DNA of 64,000 bases from an uncultured Clostridia bacterium. Its GTDB lineage: Bacteria; Bacillota; Clostridia; Christensenellales; DTU072. The notes under the pieces are model-generated. The model was not told the origin of the DNA, did no database searches, and was given only the letters and a program-made list of their open reading frames with translations. The position numbers were made by a program, and so were the translations under genes. This document shows, piece by piece, positions 57,950 to 64,000 of the stretch (position 1 is the stretch's first letter; each line of letters opens with the position of its first letter). Where the stretch lies: positions 3,508 to 67,507 of the forward strand of contig CALVTP010000006.1 of the NCBI GenBank assembly GCA_944362765.1, read 5' to 3'.

Positions 57950-58357
57950 CTATCGACCGCGGTAAATCCCGCGCAGCATTTTAAGTAATTCTTCCGGAAA
58001 CATTGCATTCAGATTGTCCCGGGAGCGGTTTTTATCGTACGAGCCTTTTCCCTCGCGGGAAGAGTTATCCGAAGTATACCCGCCGCCGGAAGAATACCGA
58101 CCGCCGGAAGAATGATTTCTGTCCGGGCGCGTCGAAGCCTTCCCGAAAAAGTTTCCGAAAGCGTTTCCGAAAGCGTCGGAGCCGTTCCGGGAACCGTTTT
58201 GTGCTCCGAAGAGGTCGGATCCCTTTCCGTTCAACGCAGAAAAAAGCTTCAGAAGGCTCATGAAATCTACGCCTCCCGGATTGCCGCCGGCGCCGGAAGC
58301 GCCGTTGCCGCCGAAACCGTTCATCAGAAGAAAGGGGAGAAGGGCGGAGATATCCAT
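57950..58357 (-). CDS. Gly/Asn/Ser/Phe-rich low-complexity protein (135 aa)
   Basis: Short hydrophobic N-terminus, then GNGASGAGGNPGG, FGNAFGNFFGK and SSGGRYSSGGGY-type tracts. Start is 1 nt after the upstream stop codon (translational coupling). Confidence 0.5.
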   Translation of the reverse strand: MDISALLPFLLMNGFGGNGASGAGGNPGGVDFMSLLKLFSALNGKGSDLFGAQNGSRNGSDAFGNAFGNFFGKASTRPDRNHSSGGRYSSGGGYTSDNSSREGKGSYDKNRSRDNLNAMFPEELLKMLRGIYRGR

Positions 58358-58358
58358 A

Positions 58359-58601
58359 TTACTTTTTAAGCTCCAGAATGAGTTCGCGCATTCTTTCCGA
58401 CTGCTCCGGGGAGAGCATCGGGGCGACGGTAGAGTAGAAATTATCGATGACTTCGTCGGTCAGCTCACCGGAAGCGCGCCCTTCGGCTGCCGTTCTGAAC
58501 AGTTCCGCCATAAGGCTTTCCTCGTCCATCGCAGCATACTTTTTTATTGCCTCTTCGGGAGAGAGGTTGCTTTTTTTGCGGATAAAATCGTTGATATTCA
58601 T
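58359..58601 (-). CDS. Small helical hypothetical protein (80 aa)
   Basis: ORF with a GAGGCGGGGG RBS. First gene of a two-gene minus-strand operon divergent from the 930-aa regulator. Confidence 0.55.
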   Translation of the reverse strand: MNINDFIRKKSNLSPEEAIKKYAAMDEESLMAELFRTAAEGRASGELTDEVIDNFYSTVAPMLSPEQSERMRELILELKK

Positions 58602-58763
58602 ATAACCCCCGCCTCAATATATGCTTTCGGCGGGCGGTTGGTGCTTTCGGCAGAGGAAAAAAGTTTTACCGCAGAAAAAACCGTAAAACATTTGAAAATT
58701 TTAAAACCGCTGCGTACGTATTCCGAAAAACGACATATTCAAGAACATTCACCGAGAATTCAC

Positions 58764-58792
58764 TTGACTTTAATTTACTATTAATTTACAAT
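58764..58792 (+). promoter_or_regulatory. Sigma-A promoter of the 930-aa regulator gene
   Basis: TTGACT (58764-58769)-17 nt-TACAAT (58787-58792). AGGAGA RBS precedes ATG 58841. Confidence 0.65.
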
Positions 58793-58800
58793 ATATTTAC
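58771..58800 (+). promoter_or_regulatory. Three direct repeats phased at 11 bp (candidate operator)
   Basis: TAATTTAC (58771-58778), TAATTTAC (58782-58789), ATATTTAC (58793-58800). They overlap the spacer, the -10 and the predicted start site. Confidence 0.45.
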
Positions 58801-58840
58801 CAAACAACGATTGTGAAAAGGGATTCGAGCAGGAGAACAA

Positions 58841-61633
58841 ATGAAACTTGAAACCGGCATGAGCGCATTGATAAACGATATAGTGTCTTCCGACCAGACG
58901 GCGACATTTTTGTTTGCTCCTTCCGAGTATGACAAAGAGGGCTTTTTACAGGAACTTTCGGAAAAGTTCGAATTTTGTTACCGTTTCAACGCCGCCGTCG
59001 ACGACCTCAGTCAATTCTGCATAACTCTTGCCGAAAAGGTGTTGTCGAATCAGCCCGCAAAACTTCTCAGAATCAAGCAGATAATGTTTTGCGACTCGAA
59101 GTACAACTCCTCCGACGTCGGGATACGCGTCGTACTCGATTACATCAGAAGTCTCGAAAAGAAGGTTTTATTGATATTCGAAAGATTGGAGCTGCTGCCG
59201 AAGGGTTCCGTCTTCGAAAAATATGTCTATCTCATTTCAAAAGCGCCCTCAAATGTAAGGGTAATACTTTCCTCGGACAAATATCTGAATATCCCCGTCG
59301 TAAAACTCGAGCCGAAGTGCCCGGGCTTTATCGATAAGGAACTGCTCCCGCCCGCTTCGGAGTTCTGCACCCCGGAGATGTATCTGAGCGCCGTTTCCTT
59401 CGACGACGTTGCGGTATTGAAGTACGCCGGGAAATACGGCTTTGTACCGGAAGGTATAATTGCCGAAATCGCTCCCGGAGCGCTCCCGGGATTCCATCAG
59501 CTGACCAAGGCGCACGGAAGTTACATCACCGTAGCAAAACACACCGTCGGCGAAAGCTTTTTCGTCTTTAAAAAGGAGCTTGTCGACTACCTTTCGGCGC
59601 GCAGCACGCAATTGGATCAACATATGGGAGAGTATGCTTCCACTCCGATTGAGGAACGCATATTCGGATATCTTTTCGGCAAAGTATCCAGATACGACGC
59701 GTTGACTTTTGCGTATAATATTCTGAACTACGACATGATGAACAAGGCGCTCGAAAGCATTGTCAATTCGGACGAAGAGATCATCAACTCGATGAATTAC
59801 ATCGCCGCGCACATCGATATGCGCGTAGCGGTGAGTCCCGAAAAATATCCATTCGTTGCGCTCCTCGGCGCCTGCCTTGCCGCCAAGCACGAAAAAAATT
59901 ACGACGCCGTCTTAGAAGCTACCGACAAGATAATAGAGGTGTTAAAGCGAGGCGACAAGATGCGTTCGGTCGCCTGCGCGGAATACTTGAAAATTTATTG
60001 CATTTCCAAAAAAGGCGACAATGTAGTCCTGAAAATGCTGTTTAAGGAACTCAAAGAGCAGTTTTCGGGAGAATATGAATTCTACTTTAAGGTGCTCCAA
60101 TATATCACGACGGATTCGTTAAGACACGGCGGGATCACCGTTTCGGAAGCGGAGGCTGCGTTGAACGCGCCGGGCGGAGACAGGCACTTCTGGTCGCTTA
60201 AATTGATGGAGAACATCGAAACCTACTACTTCGGCATCGGCAATTACAGGAAGTCGATGGAGACGGCGGAGCGCATAAAACGGCTTTTCCCGTCATATGT
60301 GGTGCCGCTGAGGATAATAGCGATGAACTATTTCGACGGCGACCTTAAGCGCACCAAAAGCCTTGTGGACGAGGCGCTGAGTTACGCCATCAACAACTCT
60401 CTTTTCAACGACATTCATATGCTTTACTCCGTGAAAGCTTTGATGGAGAGTTTTTACGGCAACGAGGAGTCGGCGCTTAAATACTCCGACCTGGCTTATG
60501 GCAGCATGACGGGGGATTACGGCTTTGAAAGGTATTTTACCGTCTATGTGAGGTGCTACCTGAACTGCCTTTTCAACAGAGTGGCTTATGCCGAAAACCT
60601 TGCGAATCTCTATCTGCACGAGTCGGAGGCTATGGCGCCGGGCTACCGCTCGATGATGTATCAGATATACTCCTATGCGGCGCTGAAAGAGGGGAACCGC
60701 TCGAAAAGCTATAAAGCGGCGACGCTTGCCATTGACGCCGCCGAGAACCGCTCGTTCGTATGGCTTTACAGTATGGGGCTGGCGGCGAATTGCCTGCTTG
60801 CAAAGGGCGGTATCCGCGACGTAGAGTCGATAGTTTCCAACATACTCCGTTGCAGCGAAAATTACGGCATGCGGATGGTGCTGACCGATACCGCCGTTTT
60901 CGGACCCATTCTGCAGGAAGCCGAAGCTCACAATATAGAACCGGAGATCGTTTCGAAAATCAAGGCGCTCATCGACTCCAAGAGCGGCTCGGGTTCCGAC
61001 ATGGGAGTATTGAACGTGACGATGCTGGGTTCGGGAGTGACGTCGATAACCTCGCACGGCAAGGAGATCCAATGGAAGACGAGAAAGTCGAAGGAGCTCT
61101 TCCTGCACTACATTTTAGCGGGCGAAAACGGGATGGACAGAAACGTCATCATAGACTATATGTGGAAAGATTATGTCTATGATTCTGCGATAAACAACTT
61201 AAAAACCACCAATAATATAATAAGGAAAACGCTCTCGCAATACGGCATAAAATTCAAACTCGAATACATCAATTCGACTTACGTATTGCATCTTGAGGAC
61301 TTAAATTGCGACTATCACCGCTTTTTAAAACTCAGCCGCGATTTTTCGGAGACCGAGTCGCTCGTCGAAAAAGTGAGGATAATGAGGAATATTCTCCGTC
61401 TGTATAAGGGCGATCTTTGTTATGAGCTCGACTATGCCGACTTCAAAAACGCCAGGAACGCCTGTCGGCACGAGCTGATATTCGGGCTCATCAACATCAT
61501 AAGGCTTCTGGCAAGGGAAAATCACAGGACGGATGCCAAGGAGTTCTGGTCGGCGCTTAAAAACATCGACAACACCTCGGCTTACGAGTCGCTGGCAACC
61601 GAAATTCTGCAAAACGAAGAGAGCGACCAATGA
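58841..61633 (+). CDS. Large transcriptional regulator: degenerate STAND/MalT-like N-terminus, helical-repeat middle, C-terminal OmpR-type winged helix plus BTAD
   Basis: C-terminus: LGSGV..SHGKEIQWKTRKSKELFLHYIL...RNVIIDYMW...NNLKTTNNIIRKTL (wHTH), then DYHRF...LYKGDL...ELIFGLINII (BTAD-like). N-terminus: FLFAPSEYDKEGFL sits where MalT/LAL proteins have the P-loop, and LLIFERLE where they have Walker B. Confidence 0.7.
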   Translation: MKLETGMSALINDIVSSDQTATFLFAPSEYDKEGFLQELSEKFEFCYRFNAAVDDLSQFCITLAEKVLSNQPAKLLRIKQIMFCDSKYNSSDVGIRVVLDYIRSLEKKVLLIFERLELLPKGSVFEKYVYLISKAPSNVRVILSSDKYLNIPVVKLEPKCPGFIDKELLPPASEFCTPEMYLSAVSFDDVAVLKYAGKYGFVPEGIIAEIAPGALPGFHQLTKAHGSYITVAKHTVGESFFVFKKELVDYLSARSTQLDQHMGEYASTPIEERIFGYLFGKVSRYDALTFAYNILNYDMMNKALESIVNSDEEIINSMNYIAAHIDMRVAVSPEKYPFVALLGACLAAKHEKNYDAVLEATDKIIEVLKRGDKMRSVACAEYLKIYCISKKGDNVVLKMLFKELKEQFSGEYEFYFKVLQYITTDSLRHGGITVSEAEAALNAPGGDRHFWSLKLMENIETYYFGIGNYRKSMETAERIKRLFPSYVVPLRIIAMNYFDGDLKRTKSLVDEALSYAINNSLFNDIHMLYSVKALMESFYGNEESALKYSDLAYGSMTGDYGFERYFTVYVRCYLNCLFNRVAYAENLANLYLHESEAMAPGYRSMMYQIYSYAALKEGNRSKSYKAATLAIDAAENRSFVWLYSMGLAANCLLAKGGIRDVESIVSNILRCSENYGMRMVLTDTAVFGPILQEAEAHNIEPEIVSKIKALIDSKSGSGSDMGVLNVTMLGSGVTSITSHGKEIQWKTRKSKELFLHYILAGENGMDRNVIIDYMWKDYVYDSAINNLKTTNNIIRKTLSQYGIKFKLEYINSTYVLHLEDLNCDYHRFLKLSRDFSETESLVEKVRIMRNILRLYKGDLCYELDYADFKNARNACRHELIFGLINIIRLLARENHRTDAKEFWSALKNIDNTSAYESLATEILQNEESDQ

Positions 61634-62490
61634 TCGGAACAGCCTCGGATTGGATTGATTACGAAGTCATCGAAACGGGCGGCGGCATGAAGCTGGAGCG
61701 CTTCGGTTCGGTGACTTTGCTGCGTCCCGACCCGCAAATCATCTGGGAGGCGTCTTTCGAAATGGAAAAGTACCCGGGACTCGACGCCGTTTACAGGCGT
61801 TCGAAGTCGGGCGGCGGGTTCTGGGAGTATTTCAACAAAGTTCCCGAAGAGTTCGTCATCGGCTGGCGCGACCTTAAATTCAGCCTGAAATTGATGGGCT
61901 TCAAGCACACCGGGATCTTTCCGGAGCAGGCTTACAACTGGGCAAAGATGCGGGAACTTATCGCTTCTTCGCACCGAAAAATCAAGGTTTTGAATCTTTT
62001 CGCATACACAGGCGGAGCTTCCGTGGCTTGCGCCAAGGAAGGCGCCTCGGTCACCCACGTCGACGCCGCAAAGGCAATGTGCGAGCGCGCAGGAAAGAAT
62101 GCCGTGCTTTCCGGGCTCGGCGACAGGGCGATGAGATATATTGTCGATGACTGTCTGAAGTTTGTCGAGCGCGAGATCCGCCGCGGCAACCGCTACGACG
62201 CCGTCATCATGGATCCCCCGAGCTACGGCAGGGGTCCGAAAGGGGAGATATGGAAGATTGAAGACACCGTCTTCGATTTTGTCAGAAAGGCGGTCTGTCT
62301 TCTGACGGATGAGCCCCTCTTTTTTCTCATCAACTCCTATACGACGGGGTTGCAACCCACCGTCATGAAAAACATTTCGGATATTGCATTGAACGGAAGG
62401 GGAAATACGTTGTCGTACGAGCTTACCCTTCCGACGAGGCGGAAAGAGGTGCTGCTGCCGTCGGGCGCCAGCGCTTTTACAACATTTTAA
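61630..62490 (+). CDS. Class I SAM-dependent methyltransferase (RlmI/YwbD-like rRNA methyltransferase family)
   Basis: VLNLFAYTGGASV (motif I) and AVIMDPPSYG (motif IV). ATGA overlap with the regulator gene. Confidence 0.8.
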   Translation: MIGTASDWIDYEVIETGGGMKLERFGSVTLLRPDPQIIWEASFEMEKYPGLDAVYRRSKSGGGFWEYFNKVPEEFVIGWRDLKFSLKLMGFKHTGIFPEQAYNWAKMRELIASSHRKIKVLNLFAYTGGASVACAKEGASVTHVDAAKAMCERAGKNAVLSGLGDRAMRYIVDDCLKFVEREIRRGNRYDAVIMDPPSYGRGPKGEIWKIEDTVFDFVRKAVCLLTDEPLFFLINSYTTGLQPTVMKNISDIALNGRGNTLSYELTLPTRRKEVLLPSGASAFTTF

Positions 62491-62525
62491 GAGTAGGGAT
62501 TTATGCCGCAAAAGGTAGTTTATAT

Positions 62526-63248
62526 ATGGAAAACACTATAGATTATAACGACATCAACATTGTTTACGAGGACAACCATATTCTGGTGGTGGTCAAACCG
62601 CAAAACATCCCCGTTGCGCTCGATTCGAGCGGCGACGACGACCTGTTGTCGGCGCTGAAACGCTACCTGAAGGAGAAATACGCAAAACCGGGGGAGGCGT
62701 ATCTCGGTCTCGTGCACAGGCTCGACAGACCCACGGGCGGAGTTATGGTGTTTGCAAAGACTTCGAAGGCGGCGGCGAGACTTCAGGAGAGCATAAAATC
62801 GGGCGACTTCGAAAAGCGCTACCTTGCGGTGACGGCGGGTCTTCCGAAGGAGAAGAAAGCCTTTCTTAAAAACGCTCTCTACAAGGACGAGTCAAAAAAC
62901 ACCGTCTATGCGGTCCCGATAGCAACCGAGGGCGCAAAGCTTGCACTTTTAGAGTACGACACGATGGAGACGAAGGAAAATCTTGCGCTCCTCGACATAC
63001 ATATTTATACCGGAAGGAGCCACCAGATAAGAGTGCAGCTGAAGACAATCGGCTGCCCGATCTTCGGCGACATGAAGTACGGAGCGGGGAAGAGCCCCGA
63101 AGGTTACAACCTGGCGCTTTGGGCTACCGAAATACGCTTTTCGCACCCCACAACCAGGGAAAAGATGGTTTTCAGAGTCTATCCGCCGAAGGAGGAAACG
63201 CCCTGGAAATTTTTCGATATAGCGACAAAGCTTTCGATAAAAATGTAA
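62526..63248 (+). CDS. RluA-family pseudouridine synthase
   Basis: HRLDRPTGGVMVFAKT catalytic Asp motif and HQIRVQL. Confidence 0.88.
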   Translation: MENTIDYNDINIVYEDNHILVVVKPQNIPVALDSSGDDDLLSALKRYLKEKYAKPGEAYLGLVHRLDRPTGGVMVFAKTSKAAARLQESIKSGDFEKRYLAVTAGLPKEKKAFLKNALYKDESKNTVYAVPIATEGAKLALLEYDTMETKENLALLDIHIYTGRSHQIRVQLKTIGCPIFGDMKYGAGKSPEGYNLALWATEIRFSHPTTREKMVFRVYPPKEETPWKFFDIATKLSIKM

Positions 63249-63311
63249 GCCGTCTCGGATTCGAAAGCCTATTATAAAAAAATCAATTTATCCGTTCAGG
63301 GAGGACACAGG

Positions 63312-63743
63312 ATGCTGAAAGACGAAATAAAATCGGCGCGGATAGCGGCAATGAAAAATCACGACAAGAACGCGTCGGGTGTGTTGAGCGTAGTATTGAA
63401 CAAGATAATGCTTGCGGAGATAGAGCTTCGCGCGAAGGGGGAGGAACTTAAAGATTCCGACGTGGTAGCCGTCCTTCAAAAGAGCGAAAAAGAGCTTTTG
63501 GACGAGCGCGGCGGCTTTGAAAAGGCGGGAAGAGCCGAAAAGGTCGACGATCTCGACAAACAGATAGCCGCAGTAAGAGCCTTTATGCCGAAAATGATGT
63601 CGGCGGAGGAGATATCGGCGGTCATAGCGTCCCTTCCCGACAAGTCCGTGCCCGCCGTCATGCGTCATTTCAAGGCGGAGTACGCCGGAAAGTGCGATAT
63701 GCGTTTGGTAAGCGAGGTATTGAAGAAGAGCAATGGTCAATAA
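63312..63743 (+). CDS. GatB/YqeY domain-containing protein
   Basis: 143 aa. MLKDEIKSARIAAMKNHDK...LSVVLNKI is typical of the YqeY family. Confidence 0.8.
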   Translation: MLKDEIKSARIAAMKNHDKNASGVLSVVLNKIMLAEIELRAKGEELKDSDVVAVLQKSEKELLDERGGFEKAGRAEKVDDLDKQIAAVRAFMPKMMSAEEISAVIASLPDKSVPAVMRHFKAEYAGKCDMRLVSEVLKKSNGQ

Positions 63744-64000
63744 ACCCGCCGACGACAATAATAAACCCGATCCGACGGATATCCCGGAGCCGACGACGCC
63801 CGCGAAGGCTGTCGACGAAAAGCTTTCGGGAACGGCGCCTGAACGGGCGGAGGATATTTCCCCCGATCTCATCGTTCCCGAAAACGAGACTCCGAAGGAG
63901 CGCATTCGCCGCAGGCTGAAACTTATATTGAAACTCTTTTTGTGCTATATCAAGATAGGGCTTTTCACATTCGGCGGCGGCTATGCGATGATAGCGCTTA
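63733..64000 (+). CDS. Chromate transporter (ChrA) family protein, 5' part, truncated by the window
   Basis: Frame open to the window end. After an acidic/Pro-rich N-terminal extension comes ...IKIGLFTFGGGYAMIAL, the ChrA signature. Not listed in the ORF track because no stop codon is reached. Confidence 0.6.
   Translation, partial: MVNKPADDNNKPDPTDIPEPTTPAKAVDEKLSGTAPERAEDISPDLIVPENETPKERIRRRLKLILKLFLCYIKIGLFTFGGGYAMIAL

Noticed and set aside
57726-57965. 79-aa ORF inside the orphan RNA.
   Set aside because: It has no RBS, would start 8 nt after the predicted TSS, and reads through the terminator. The region is better explained by extensive base pairing.

Overview
Core-genome segment from a spore-forming Firmicute, probably Clostridia-like (spoIVA and a spoIVFB-type protease are present; moderately GC-rich by eye). 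I call about 53 protein genes, mostly on the + strand. They cover translation, replication and repair, and envelope functions. Gene order mirrors the B. subtilis 'ylo' cluster: yicC-rpoZ-coaBC-priA-def-fmt-rsmB-rlmN-rsgA-rpe / rpmB / asp23-yloV-recG. Other blocks are serC-serA, parE-parC-der, spoIVA, tmcAL / pta-ackA-rpmF-plsX-rnc, murG, thrS, dgt-pcrA-ligA, pgsA, valS, minD-minE and spoIVFB. I saw no transposase, integrase, CRISPR array, rRNA or tRNA. Every product call rests on motif recognition by eye; no database search was possible.

Four things look most unusual:
1. The 1.28-kb gene-free rpe-rpmB gap holds four paralogous, terminator-capped structured RNA modules. Two of them carry promoter boxes that stayed conserved while the surrounding sequence diverged.
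2. An orphan RNA of about 195 nt has a consensus promoter, a terminator and a rod-like 6S-type fold.
3. A 930-aa regulator has a degenerate STAND-type N-terminus and a C-terminal winged-helix plus BTAD module, the reverse of the usual SARP order. Three 11-bp-phased direct repeats overlap its promoter, and a divergent operon encodes two small proteins.
4. Several surface lipoproteins have unusual domain content.

Most of the window is ordinary housekeeping DNA.
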